DNA from: Macrostomum lignano
Lineage: Eukaryota
Assembly (NCBI GenBank): GCA_002269645.1
Contig: NIVC01001280.1
Location: 124,001 to 188,000 of the forward strand
DNA length: 64,000 bases
Direction of reading: 5' to 3'
The notes beneath the pieces are model-generated. The model saw only the letters and a program-made list of their open reading frames with translations, ran no database searches and had not been told where the DNA came from. Below are positions 1 to 13,169 of the stretch, one piece after another. Within the stretch, counting starts at the first letter, position 1. Each line of letters begins with the position of its first letter. A program made the translations under genes and the position numbers.

Positions 1-143
1 CTTTTCCAACCTGGGCAGCATGGGCATCCTGATTGGCGCCCTGACCGCCATGGCGCCCAGCCGCAGGGCCGACATCGCCCACTGCGGCCCGAGAGCCCTG
101 ATTGCAGGCAGCATCGCCTGCTTCATCACCGCTTGTGTTGCAG
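1..143 (+). CDS. SLC28: Concentrative nucleoside transporter (SLC28/CNT family), penultimate coding exon, 5'-partial
   Basis: Frame 2 reads FSNLGSMGILIGALTAMAPSRRADIAHCGPRALIAGSIACFITACVAG, the conserved CNT C-terminal segment; GT donor at 144. Confidence 0.9.
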
Positions 144-599
144 GTAAAAATCCGGAGCTTTTAACGGAAACTAATAGTTGATACCGTGTCTCATATACTC
201 GCACAGGTTTTCAATATATTTATAACCTAACTTTAGGCCTCTTCGTGACTGATGCGGATCTGGTGATGAACTTTTAAGCTTTTCTGGAAGAATTACTTCG
301 ATACTGACTACCGATCTGCTGAGCTCGCAGTCTGCTTTCTCTTGAATTCGATTAGTGGGGCGGCTCCAAAGAGAGAATAAAAATTTAGCATTTTTACCTT
401 TGAATTTTGTCTGCTTCAAACGTGCCGAATGATTAACCAGCGATTGATCGAGGGCGTACACTGCTCAACTCTGCCCTTCAGTTGTGCGAATTTTTACTCT
501 CCTAACCTGAAGCCAATCAGCTCGCGTGCTTCACTATTCATCAGCTGTGACTCTACGCAAACCCACACTGCCGATCGCTACAATCGTAAATATCTTTAG

Positions 600-625
600 G
601 TATGCTCTCTTACAATGTCGAATAG
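600..625 (+). CDS. SLC28: Probable terminal exon of the SLC28 gene (G-MLSYNVE*)
   Basis: TTTAG acceptor at 598-599; phase 1 matches the upstream donor and gives ACVAG-MLSYNVE-stop. Confidence 0.6.
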
Positions 626-1400
626 TTCAGACAACTTAAATGGTCAAAAATATGATCATGTATCTACAGCTGCTAAAGAGGCTTACTGTGCGTTACTACT
701 GATTTTATGGCCTGAAAGTTAAATGCTTTACTATAAACAACATGCAAATCATACTCGTCAGACAGAAATGCTTTTTGTCAAAGTTCTAAAGTCAATTTAG
801 CTTTCGAAAGGTTAAAGGTGAAACGTGCATCAAATAGCTTTGCCAGTCTTCTTCTTCCTCTAAGCACTGGATGACGCTTGCCCTGCTCCAAAACAAAGAG
901 GTGTTGAGGTGTTTTTCAGGGGTGCCGGCTGCCGTCAAATAAATTCGGCATTTTTTCGCCTCTAATATCAGTCAAGCAATGCGTGATTTGCATGCATGAT
1001 GAGCAATGTATTTTAAAGCGTTTTTCCTAATTATGATCTGACATCTTTTTGATCTAAAAAGATGTTTGAGTTTGAACGTTGAGTTTGAGTTTGAATTCTT
1101 AGAAAATGAAATAAGAAACCTCAACAAACTTTGAAATTTGAAATTAACTAAATAAAAATTTGTGAACTTGTATTTAGGGTTCATTGTTGATTAATGACTG
1201 ATTTTTGTCTAACAGTTTAATATTTATGCTTGTTACTCAAGCGCTACGAATATATTTAATCTTTTACTGTTATAAAACAGCAGGTGTTCGCCATTGGCTG
1301 AATTGTGATTTATGTGAAAAGTGGTTTCACTTTTTTACTTTTTAATGCAACACATTAAGACATCACTGTTGTAGAACTATTTTGAATAGATTGGCTGAAA

Positions 1401-4400
1401 CAATCAAATAAGGAGAGAGGAATGCAGTCTCAGCAGTTGTATCGGCTGCAGGATAATTAGAACAAGAAACCCCATCACCCACCGGCCAAATAGCTGCTGT
1501 CCCTTCATAGAAGCGGCCTTTATGACAACATACATTACCACTAGTAGTAATGGAGTGTATATTAAGTAATAATTGTTCTAAAATACTTCTATCATTTAAA
1601 ATCTCTCACTATGCCGAGCTATCAGTCATCCTCCACGGAAACACGCCGTGAGGAGAACCGACAATTTCATGCGAAGATCTCGAGGTGAACACCACGAGGG
1701 TTCATTTTCAAGGTCTCTAATATTATCAGATGCTACCGATGCGGCGAAGCCGGGCACCGAAGCTGCAACGCCGCCAAAGGCAAAAAAGCATGCAGGAGCT
1801 GCAACACGCCTGGGCACTTTGGCCAAGGCCTGCCTGTCAAAGGGCAGTTTAAGAAACCGACTGCACGTCCTTGGGGACAATATGCAGGAAGGATCCAGAG
1901 CGCATGAGCAGCCCGTCGATTGACGATGGAGAAATATTCTGCGTGTCTGAAAGCAAGCTACCCCTGATCGAAATCTCAGTTAACGGCAAATGAGTTAGAG
2001 GTAGAGCGGTGCCTGCTGCAGCGTCATTCATATGACGGCCTTCCAAGACTTCTAGACAACCGAAACGACGTTTTTCAGCTCGACACGTCAACTGTATCCG
2101 TTTGGCTCCAAAATAGCCTTGGCCACCACTGGTCGAACTGAGCTTCCAGTCAAAATCTGTCAGACTTTTTGTCAGATGTCCCAGTCCAAGTTTACAGTGG
2201 TGCAAAATCTGGGCGACACAATCCTGGGGAGAGGGACGAGCGAAAAATTAGAGTTCTGAAGGTTGGAACGCTAGGGCCTGAGACCCGCATAAATAGCATC
2301 AGCTGCGTCAGCAAGTTCAAAGTAGCAGTGCCCAGAGGTACCCTCAGTTGAACTGCAGCTCGATCGTATCCCGCTTCAAGGGACCCGCTTCACGAGCAGC
2401 GTCTTCCTTCAAGCAGATGTCTCTAAGCTTGGAGTGCGGTAGGTGCTCCCCAGAGCCCCCGGAGTGGCATGGCGTGCGCATGTCGGTTATCTGGGTGGGT
2501 GGCTACAGAATTTGCTATCTGTGCAGTTTTTTTACAATTCTGCACCCAACAAAACGACTGGGTTCAGTCTGCACGAGATTATGTTTGTCACCCCAGTCTT
2601 TTTTTCGTCACGGAAAACGTCGTGATGCAGCAGTTGACGGAAAAAGAAAGGGGGAGGAAGGCAACAGCATGCAGCGATACGGTTGTGCTCCACAAGGTGC
2701 TCTCCCAAATGAAAGTGGCCGAGTTTGCACGCCGACAGATTCTGAAGGCCCAGGACAGGCACAAGCGCCAAAATGCCACAGCGGAGCCCTTTGGGTTGGG
2801 GCAGTTGATTCAGAAAAGCTCAGCAGCGCGCGGGAGGAAAGCTTGCTGCGTTAAAGTTAAAGAAAAAATAGAGGGTGGTGGGCCGGAACGGGTGGGCGTA
2901 TTGTCTCACACCAGAGGAAGCGATGCGGTGGTAATCCGGCACCACAACTGCTTGGAGTATGTTGTTGGAGTGCCAGAAAGCAGTCGGTTTCATTTGCAGA
3001 CCTCAAAAGAACCGGAAGGTGATCGCAAAGGGAAGCCAAAAATTTACATGCACCTAGCTCAGAGTCTCAACTGATTCCGAAACAGACTACGATCTGGGAG
3101 ACGCTAGCCCTTGATAGACTCTGAGGCTGCCGCGCCCTCCCTTTCAGTCTTCGACAATGCAAGCGTATCGGACTGAACGAGTGTTCGGGTCCTTTACGAG
3201 GGGACGAGTGTCATGAGCAGAGATTATGGGGACACAGTGTACGCTGTGTACATTGTACATGTGGGGGTTGTCGCAATAGAGAAGATAAATACGTATACGC
3301 TTTTCAGCTTGTAAGCCGCCACATTGCTAGTACTGACAAACAACGCGTTTCCAGACTTCAGACTTCCAGATTTCACGATGTGGGCCACACGTATTTAGTC
3401 AGCTTATCTACTATAAGTAGCGCGATCCGAACATGAAATTATTCTTTCAGCCTTGAAATTTGCTACACTTACTGATTTTTATGAGAAGCAATATGGTAGG
3501 TAGAATGAATGCATAATGCATTGAATAATACGAGCCTATGCTTTGCAGCGAATGAAAAAGTAACATGAATTCATTCGACAGTTTAAGCAGTTTTAACAAA
3601 ATTATGACACAGTCTTGCGATTTTAGAATTTTTCCGGTCTTTGGGAATTCATTTTTCAGCAGCGCCTAGTGAATCTGAGCAGAGTTGCCGGCTTCTGATC
3701 GATGGCAGACGCAGTGCACACAAGCGATTCCCAGAGGGATTCATTAATGCTATTCGCATGGAGCATTCATCTGCATGAGAACATGTCAGGAGTGGCTGGT
3801 GAACATTTCCGTGGCTGGCTACTTGAACCCAGAGGGTTTGTTGTCTGACAGCTAGAAACGTTTTGTTTCGTGTAGGAGGGCAGACACTGAAAATGAATCG
3901 ACATCTGTTGACCTCTTCTCTCTAGCCCAGCGAATATTGCAGAGAAGCAATCCTAATTTTCTCCATGAGCATATCTGAAAATCTAGCATTGATAGTTGCT
4001 GTTGACTGCAGGTTTCCAATCCACTGCTTGCTTTTGCATAATGAGCTGAGTTTTAGAAACTTGGAAATGCATTGAAGGCGATTCGCGAGGTCCGGGAAGA
4101 GATAGCCGCCTGCTCAGCCCGCGGTATTTTGGCTTCATACCTCCTGAGGCCTCGAATTTCGCTGTTTCTACTCGTGAGATGTGCGGCTTCTTCCCAGTCC
4201 TGCAGCCACCAGAAATCTGCACATCTTGCACCCACAGCCCTCAATCCCCTTCCAGGCCGCGCCCAGCCTGATGAATCCCGTGATTGAAAGCCTGCATAGC
4301 GAGCGACCTGCCCGGGTCGTCTGCGACCAGACAATGCGAGGCTCAGCCACGCAAACGCAGGGCTGCTGCGATCCTCTTAATTCTCCCCATCTCCGTTGCC

Positions 4401-5233
4401 TGTCTTCCCCATCCCGACTGTCTGCAGCGGGGGAAGTCATTGGGATTGAGATCTCGGCAGTCTCCTTCCTTCCAAGTGGCCAAGCCCTGCTGTGGCCAAT
4501 GATAGGCATGCAAGAATGCCTGTTTATTTGCCTGACTGTTCACTGCAGGCCTTTCAGTGATTCCCCCATCCTGTCCTCTTCCGTTTCCCTGCACCTGCCA
4601 TTACTCCGAGCGATCACTTCTCAAATGCTTTTCCAGGCAAATTGCCTGCAACACTCGACCGAATAGAGCAACAGACGATCAGGCTGATAGCTCACAGGAT
4701 CGGATACCGAGCACAGCAGAGTTCGCGGCGCTCGACTCAAGGCAGCGCTCCTAGTCTACCACATTGACCATTTTGCTTCGTCGCTATACCAGCCTCTTCC
4801 TTCATTTTGTTCAGAGAAAAGGGGAGAAATATTGGGAATACAGGTTAAGCTCTCGGCCGATTGTCAACGATTAGCGGTGGCCCAAGCTCGCCGGTCTAAA
4901 TGGAATTCGGTGAGTCAGACTGAGCTTCGCTACTCTCGTAACGCAGGTTGAATGAACGGGCTGGAATTTATGATGTGAAAAGGCAATTTTGAGCCGGATT
5001 CTGCGAGTCATTTTCGAATAAGATCCGAGAGCAGCAAGCTGTGGTTGGGCTCTTCTAGCAGCCTTTCTTGAGATGCAAGAAAATCGATTGGCTGCCAGGC
5101 GAGAGAGGCCATAAAGGCCGCTTCTATGAAGGGACAGCAGCTATTTGGCCTGTGGGTGATGGGGTTTCTTGTTCTAATTATCCTGCAGCCGATACAACTG
5201 CTGAGACTGCATTCCTCTCTCCTTCTTTGATTG
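1401..5233. mobile_element. 3.8-kb element bounded by 124-bp terminal inverted repeats (non-autonomous DNA transposon, superfamily unclear)
   Basis: 1401-1524 is the reverse complement of 5110-5233 with 2 mismatches; no target-site duplication seen. Confidence 0.75.
1648..3074 (+). pseudogene. Degenerate coding-like cargo inside the long-TIR element, unidentified
   Basis: GC-richer block with a 201-codon open frame (2469-3074) and broken protein-like segments upstream; no family motif recognised with confidence. Confidence 0.3.
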
Positions 5234-8200
5234 GTATGAAGACGGTCTGAGTTGCAGAGCTGTTTGCAGTGAGCGAGCCAGCAGAACAGGAAGCTGGTCT
5301 AATGAGCATCGGCATGAGCTAATATTTAGACCAGGGCCTTGTGCGCGGAACCAATTTACAACCCCTGTTTTCCCCGAGGCGCTCGTTGTGATTTATTCGC
5401 AGCGCTGCACCCGCTGTGTTTGCTGCCCTACGGCTCGTAGCAACCAACTGGCTTTGGGCAGCAGGCAGGAACGGATCGCAATGGCAGTGCCTCCATCAGC
5501 CATTCTCTGCCTCGCAACTGATAATCGATACTGTTTGCCTCAGACAGACTAGGAACGGTCCGCTGCTACATCCCTTGCTTCGATGGACTGAATCTTGATT
5601 TCTCGCCTGATTGGCGCACTTCCGCCGAGGTCCCACCTCACTTTTGTATGGCTTTAATGCGGCCATGATTCAGGGAGTGGCTCCAATACTTGAACCCTTC
5701 CCATTCAATGCAATTGCACGGCTTGCCCATAACAATTAGGGGATTGCACGATTGCTCATCCAGGTCCCTTGGTGCTGGCAGCAGTTTCATTGCCCTCTGA
5801 AGTCGGGACACTAGCGCGCGCCTAGAATTGGGTAGCGTAATTAATTAACTAGTAAAAGTTCTCCGGTTTGCAGGTTTCCTTTGTTAAATGTTTTGACCCA
5901 GATAGGCAGCTCGTAAGAGAAAGCAGCAGTTTGAACTGGTGAAAAATGTAATAAAGACCATTTTTATCGTCGAACGCAGTGGCCAGATAGGAATTTATTA
6001 GCCAATCTATATGCATTTTGGCTGTACATCTTGATTTGACAATATGCTTTTGAGCCGTGGAAATTTTTCATTGGAAGGTTGCATCGTAAAATTTTAAAGT
6101 TTCATTCACATCCGTCTTTGGCCCTTAAAACTCTCATCGATTTTGTTTAAATTGTAATATGAGTATACCGGTGACCAGTGGACAGGCTAATAGGCTGGCT
6201 TGCAATGGACGCCAGATTCAAAAACATTCTCTGCATCTAATTCTTCATCTAATGAAAACTTCATCAGGTGCTTTTCCACAGAGAAGCTAAAATGCTTACC
6301 AAACATCGAAGCATCTTGGAGAATAGATCAGGGACAACTAAAACACTCGGGACGCGAAACGAGCCAAAACATAATGAAAAAATTTGGGGGCTCGTTTGAA
6401 AGTAGTGTTCTATGTCCATTCCAACTGCAACTCTCAAGTCTAAAGAGGTGTTTTAGTTGTCCCTGGAATAGATCTCATCCCAGCCAGAAGCCAGTTCGGG
6501 GCTGTAAAAGTTTATTTGAGAGCTCAGCTCAGCCACTCAGCAGTGAAAAATTCTGTTTCACCTCAGGCGATGGTCACTGAGGACCATTAATTAGGTCTCA
6601 AAGAGCAGCCGCCCAAATATTAGGCAGCTGCATTAATGACGGCCTGCAGAGCATCCAGCGGTACGTGCGGGCCGGCAGGAAGCGGTGGGGGCTATGAACA
6701 ACGCGAAATCAGGAAGGAAGAGCATCATGATAAAGTCTGAATAGTAATAGCTCGTATGTGGGCAAAAGGCAGGAGTGGATAGGCGCATAATGCAAAAGTG
6801 AGTAGAGATGAATTATATCTGTACTTTCTCGTTGAGCTTTTTGCTGCTGTTGCTGCTTCAGACCCAACCAAGCTGGATTATCTGGTTTAGGAGCTTGTGG
6901 GCGCAAAAAGGCACAGCCGTGTTCGCAGTGGCTAGCACAGATGTGCAAGGCGCATGGGGTGCGTGGGGAAGTCCACCAAAGTTGCACCCCAGCGTTCGTA
7001 ATCCAAGGAGACAAAGGAGCATGGTTGTGTCTGAAATCTGCTCAGACGCCTGTCATTTTGGGGCGACTGTTGCTGCTATCATTAAATAGCCTATTTATGA
7101 GTGTTTTCCTATTTTCCCCTCCCATTTTCCTCTGTGAGAACTATGCCTTTGTAACTCCATAAAATCAACTAAGTACTCAGGAAGCGGCTAATTTAGAAAT
7201 GCAGGATGAGTCCAAAGAAGTAGCAAGGGACAGCTCATATAGGAAAACCAAGTCGAAGTGAGAACGGCTCTCTGATGATTTCCTGTTGGAGTGTCAGTTC
7301 CGAAACTGCGCTCTGTCTTCCGACTACCCTTCATTTATTAAATTATCTTTTCCCTTCTCGCGCCTGGAGGCATGTAGGAGGGATTCCGAAAAACCGAAGT
7401 GTCTTTCTTCCCTGTGTTCCTCTGACCCGGACACTCAAGTCGAGCCCCATCTTAGTGCGATCTGCGACATCCAATTTTCCAGTGTCTGATACAGTAGATC
7501 TATAATTGGAATACCCAAGACTGACTTACGACTCCCGCTCTCTGTCGTCTCTTCCCGCTTCTCCATATCTCCGTCCGGCATTCCGTTTTGCTGATCTTTC
7601 TGTGTATAATATGTATATGTCCGCTCCTCATGGACTCCACAGGCTGCCCACCCCTCGTCGACTCCGACCGTTTGCTTCTTCAGCCCGATAGTTTCGGCAA
7701 TTCGTTTTAGTAGTATACTCGCACTTTCAATCATTTGTTGCCCTTTGCCCTGAATTTATGTATACTTTTAGGTGAGCGTGGAGCTTTTCCTCACAGTCTC
7801 ATGGGACTTTGCTGTAAAAAGATTTTGAGCAAGAAGCTTTGAAAGCAACCAGCACGACTCCAGTGAGTACAAGCGAGCATCAGAGTGAGGCTAATCCACA
7901 GGATAGCTGGTCACTCAGGCTTCTTCTGTCTTGGTCCGTCCAACCCTCTTGCTTGAAGAGCGACCGCCTGCTTCTCTGTTCGCGTGCAGACATCGGGCAC
8001 GCAGGGGGCGGCGCAGAATTGCGAGTCAGTCCCGGAAAGAAATAAAAAGAAGCAAGACAACCGGTGTCTGCAGGGAAATCTTGCTAGAGGTCAGGGACAA
8101 GCGTTCAGCGAATCGATCGCTGCTGCTGCAGTTGAGGGAGGGTGGCTGCCCGCGCAGTGTTTGCTCCGCTTTTTGCTGAGAGTGCGGGGTCCGGGCAATG

Positions 8201-11200
8201 AGAAATTCCGGGCATGGCAAACAGGCTAGGAAAGAGAGGCTAGAGTTTTTCACCACTTTTGCCATTGTCAGTGGGACCTTTCTCTGCCTCCCACTTTTCC
8301 CCTGCTTTGCTGCTTCCCTGACATTTAAGCTATCATTGCAATGATTTCGGGCTCTGGAATTGCAGAGGCACCTATAAATATCGATGATGGTAAAACTGAA
8401 CAACTACTCTGTCAGCCTGTTCTTCAGCTTACCTGGGCTCTAATCTACAGCTCAGCGTCTCAAGAGGCAAGAAATAGGAGATATTCTTTTATCTTGCTCA
8501 TCAGCTGATGTAAATTTCTTCTTAGCCTCCGTTCGGTGCCAAAACTCTGCAATGATGATCAAGGAAAGAGAGAGATCAGGCGAGTCCCATCGTCAACACC
8601 ATCTGTAGCGTAACTTCATCCCCTCCCTTCCAAGAAGATTGGGATGCTCCATCTTCAGACTCCCAGGCGCTCTTCAATCAAAGTCGCTTTTTAATTAAGT
8701 CTCAGATTCAGGATGAAGCGGTTGTACTTTTAAGGAAACGGGAGCCGCCAAGCTTGGAAAGTCTATTGATACGAGTTACAATTGCTTTTAACTCTGAGAT
8801 GCATCATCAAATCCTTTAGGCAAGTGAGGTTTTGAGCACTGCAGTTTCGAGCGTAGTAGCGTATGAATCCACGGAATGCAATTTCTGCAACTTACTCCTA
8901 TTTCGCATCGAAGGCTCACGTTTTCTACGCTTCTAATCGTACCAACGACTGACCCCTTGCTGTTGGTACTTGCGGCTGTCTTTCTCACTGCTGCTCCGGT
9001 GGTTGAAATTTCGCGAGCCCATGAGGCGACACAAAGAGCTGAGAGCTAAAGGCCGCGGAGGCCAAGGTTTGTTTAAGCTGGGTACTCATTGAAGCTACCT
9101 CTGTGGACAAGAAACAGAATGGGGAGTGCGGGACAATGGAAATGGCAAAGTCTAGAAAGAGCTGCTTCATGAAAAATTTATTCATTCTAACAGCTTCCCT
9201 TCTCCTGTGGAAGTCCCGACTCTCTCCGGAAGCAATGGCCAAGCTCTGGGTTTGCAGGAATGCTTTCAAATGCTGGGCAGATTTTCCATTAGCGGGAGCC
9301 GCGCCCTGTTTTTACAGCAAGTTCCGAGAGCTGGTAGATTTTTTTGCTTTGGACCGAACTGCTAAATCAAGCTGGCATTGCTCAGAAAAGATATGCATCA
9401 ACGAATTCTTGGCATTCTTCTCTATATCGTCTACCGAATGGGCACTCAGCGGATGAGATCGCATCAGTCCACCATAGGACTGCCGTCAGGGTCCAAGCAG
9501 GGCTTACTTCAAGAACCTTGGAATTCATTCTGTCCTGATGTACAACCAAGGATCACTGTATACAACACAGTGGTCCTTGTATACAACCCTAAGCGACTAG
9601 GTTCTGAAGACTACACGCTCACACCGAGACACTCTCAACGGGATCCAAAACTTATAGGATCCAAAGCTGTTGGTGGTACATTTAATCGAGATAAATTATT
9701 ATTTAATAGGGATGCCAACTCAAGCGCTGAAATAAACCCAAAGCACCAGGGCCAAGCAGACTGGAATCGATGACTGAAAGCCAACTCAGATCGACAAATT
9801 CAGAGAGACCGTTTGTCGATTTGAGTTGGTCTGGTCCGGGGTCGCGCTTTTGGCTTGATTCCAGCGTTGAAATTGGCATCCCCTGTCATGCCTCTTCTTT
9901 AGCAACTTGCGAACATCTATCTTTGTGGGATGGTTTCAGGGTCTTAAACAAATGTTTTCAATTTTTAAGTATCATAGCAATCATGAAGTGGCTTGATTTT
10001 CTACCATTGACGTGGAATACAGACGTTTGAATGGAATAGTTGGGGCAGATAGCTGAAAATTACCACCTCAGCCGCCTTGCTTTTACCGAAAATCGGTCTT
10101 CAACTGTTTTTCCAAATTCAAAAATGCTGCCTCAGACTTTTTACGAAGTGCTGCCACCTTACTGTATATGGAAGTCCATTTTACTGGCCTTGGTCAGCAC
10201 TGAATGTTGGTGCCCGCAAGCCTTCAGCGATACAATCCGCAGCCATTTAAAGGATCCAGAAAGCATTTCCAGCATCGAATATCAGATGGAGGAGCTTATA
10301 TATTACTCTTGTAGTTCAGATCGGAGATTATTGAATCAAATCAAGGCCAAACTTCGATCTCATTGAGAGCAATGATCAGCTTACTTTTTGCATTTGTTTT
10401 AAATACAACGGAAATTCTTCAGCTAATCATAGGAAATATTAGCCTACTACAAGTAGTTTGGAGCGGTTATGGTTCTCTGGAAAAGTCTGATTGATCTGAT
10501 TGTCTGATTGAAGATTTTAGCCTGATTCGTGATTTGGTACGAGCTAATCAGCTGAGATTCGCTGCAGCAGGCGCCTGACTGGCCTTTGTCCAACTACAAG
10601 CAATCCCAGTCTAAGGGGCAGGAAAAGCTTTATTTCCTGCTATTTTCAAGTGAGTTGGCAGCCTCTTAAAAGTTAACAGTTAGTTGCTCAGCTAAAAATA
10701 AGCCAGGGCAGACAGATCAATCACTGTGACTGAGCGCGTGAACTCTGGGAGACAGTTTGCTGCAATGGCTTGGATGATGGAGGACAAGAGAGACTGTGTT
10801 GGGTTCCCCGATAGGACTGACTAATCAGACTCAATCGGGGCACCCAATGGTGGGTGCAATGCATTCAATGCATTCAGTGGCACCTTAGAACAGCATTACT
10901 GAAATGGCCTTTTTAGAGCTAAAATTTGCTGGATCAGGCCATTAGCAGTCAGATTAAAGCTTGCCTATGCATCAGTGCTCATTAATACGAATTGAAACCT
11001 TACTAAAATTATCTGAAGCATCGGTAATGTGTAAGCCTCAATTCGTGTAGAAAATATTGCTTAAATTAAAAGTATAAAGTACAATGTATAAAAGTTTAAG
11101 AAAACTATTGCTGCTAATCCGGGTTAGTTTAGCGTTTCATTAACTGTTCTGCGCGATAATGCGCATATTTAGTCACTAAGGTCCTTCGCTCTGCATCCTT

Positions 11201-11899
11201 GTCTCTGCAGTATCATCGAATTTTTAATGGGAAGTGAATGTGAACTAGAAAGTGCGCTTGGCCACTTCACTACATGGCCTGTTTAGCTCTCGCTGAGCCC
11301 AAGTACAAAGTGCGGTTTGTGGGACGTGAATGAAGCAAGGAACTCTGACGGGAGCCTCCGTGCACTACTAGAGTTGCTACCCCACTTTCCTTCTCTCCAT
11401 CCTCTTCTCTCAGGAGCGTCTTCCCCGTCTCTGTTTGAATCAGTTGCAAATCTTGCAGCCCTTTCCCCCTTCTGCTTCCTCTCCGTTCAACTCGATGTCT
11501 CCCCTTCCCACAGCTGAAAAGAGCTCAGAGTGCAGCGGCTGGGTCAGACAGAAGAAGAGTATGAAGGGTACCCCGACTCTCTCCTCTCTTTCTACCTTTC
11601 CGGCCGCCTATGGACGCGGTTGCGGCCGCCGTCGGCGGGAGCTTCTCTTCCCCAATTCCCTGTCTTAGATGAAGCCGATTTCCGTACTCTGCATCACAAA
11701 ATCCTCTATGCTCATCCCCTGTTCATTCATATTCCCTTCCCGTGCTTCTCTCTTCCACTCTCTCCCGCTGTCCTTCTCTGCTTCTCCTCCATCTGCCATC
11801 TGATTGGCCGAGACTCCCTGACCGCTGGAAGCTCCTCCGTGACTGCCTGCCCCGCCCCTCCACCGGCCTCGCAGAACCGTCGCCGGCCTACTGGTCATA

Positions 11900-13169
11900 A
11901 TGACTAGCAAAGACTGCGGGTCCGAGGAAGACACTAGCAAGAAGTTCGAGCTGCAGAAGCCTCAGCCGACCATTGAGGAGCGAATAGTTGAAATTCACAA
12001 ACAGCCAGGCCAAACACTCGGCTTCTACATTCGGGAAAGCAGTGGGATCGATCAGCCTTCTGGAATCTTCATATCCAGGCTCAGTGAGAGCAGCTATATT
12101 GGTCAGCAAGGGCTGCTACGCATTGGGGACGAAATTTTGGGAGTTAACGGAGTGGATCTGCGCAACTCCGGCATTGACGATGTGGTAGTTCTTATGTCTA
12201 TTCCAAGGACTCTAAAGTTGCATATCAGACGAAGGTACTCACCAGAGCAGGAGCAACCTCAAAGGCAGCAGCAGAAGGACAAGCCACTATTTGTGATTCA
12301 TGCACCAGCTTTGTTGACAGAACAACTTGGCGGATCCACCTCAGAGGAAGAAGAGGACGAATCTCTAAAGCCAATGATGCAGCGCAGGGGGAGGCCTGAC
12401 TCTTGCCAGCCATATCACTTGGACGAGCCGGCTCAGCGGGCTCTTGAGCTGAGAAGGCTGCAGCTCGAGCAGCAGGCTGGCGAGGACTCGAACGATTCAG
12501 GGTTGAGCTCAGAGAATTCAGCCAACTCCAGGGATCCGCGTGACCTTGAGGGCCAAAGGGCGGTTCACTTCGCCCCGGAGCATCACCTTGTGCAGGTGCA
12601 CCCGAGGCCTGGCATACAACAGTTCGGACAGACGAAGCCTGGCCTATCCCATCTTGGCCCGGCTCGGCCAGGCCTGCGAACGGCTGTCTTTCAACAGCGA
12701 CACACGAGCTCGGCGGCAAGCTCTCCCACTACCCAGCAAGGCCGGTTTGGGCAGCGCCGGTTGCCTCAATCGCCCTCTGTGGAGTACCGCGACTCGGCTG
12801 TGCAGTGCGAGCCGCCGACAGCTCAGCCGAGCACCCCAACCCTGCACCAGCATTACCCAATGTCCTCGCGACACGGCTATGTGCCCCATGAATACTGCTC
12901 AGACTCCGAGCTGCATGCGCTTCATCACGTCTATAGCAGCCGAGGACACCGACCTGGCCCATCGTATTCTTCTGGCGAAGAGGATGAATATGGATCACCT
13001 CGACACCAGCGAATGCTGAGTGCAGCAGTCCACCAGCTGCAGCAGATGCCGCAGAGCCAGCAGTCTCCAAGCGATCCCTACTGGGCAAGGCGCTCCACTG
13101 AGCAGTTTTTTTACCAGCCTCCGCACAGTCGTGGGGCTTTTGGAGCGGCGGCCTGGCAACCCGCTACCG
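11900..13169 (+). CDS. syd-1: Syd-1/RhoGAP100F-like protein, exon 1 (PDZ domain plus low-complexity linker)
   Basis: IVEIHKQPGQTLGFYIRE...GIFISRL...LRIGDEILGVNGVD...DDVVVLMSIPRTL matches the RhoGAP100F-type PDZ; GTGAGT donor at 13170. Confidence 0.88.

Noticed and set aside
5250-11890. Many 60-130 aa ORFs upstream of the RhoGAP gene
   Set aside because: No domain motifs, codon bias or phase-consistent splice chain; treated as intergenic or UTR-intron sequence.
12225-13088. Long overlapping and antisense ORFs over GC-rich exons (also over the LINEs, DPH1, TDP-43 and PRP39)
   Set aside because: Expected shadows of GC-rich coding sequence, with no independent evidence.
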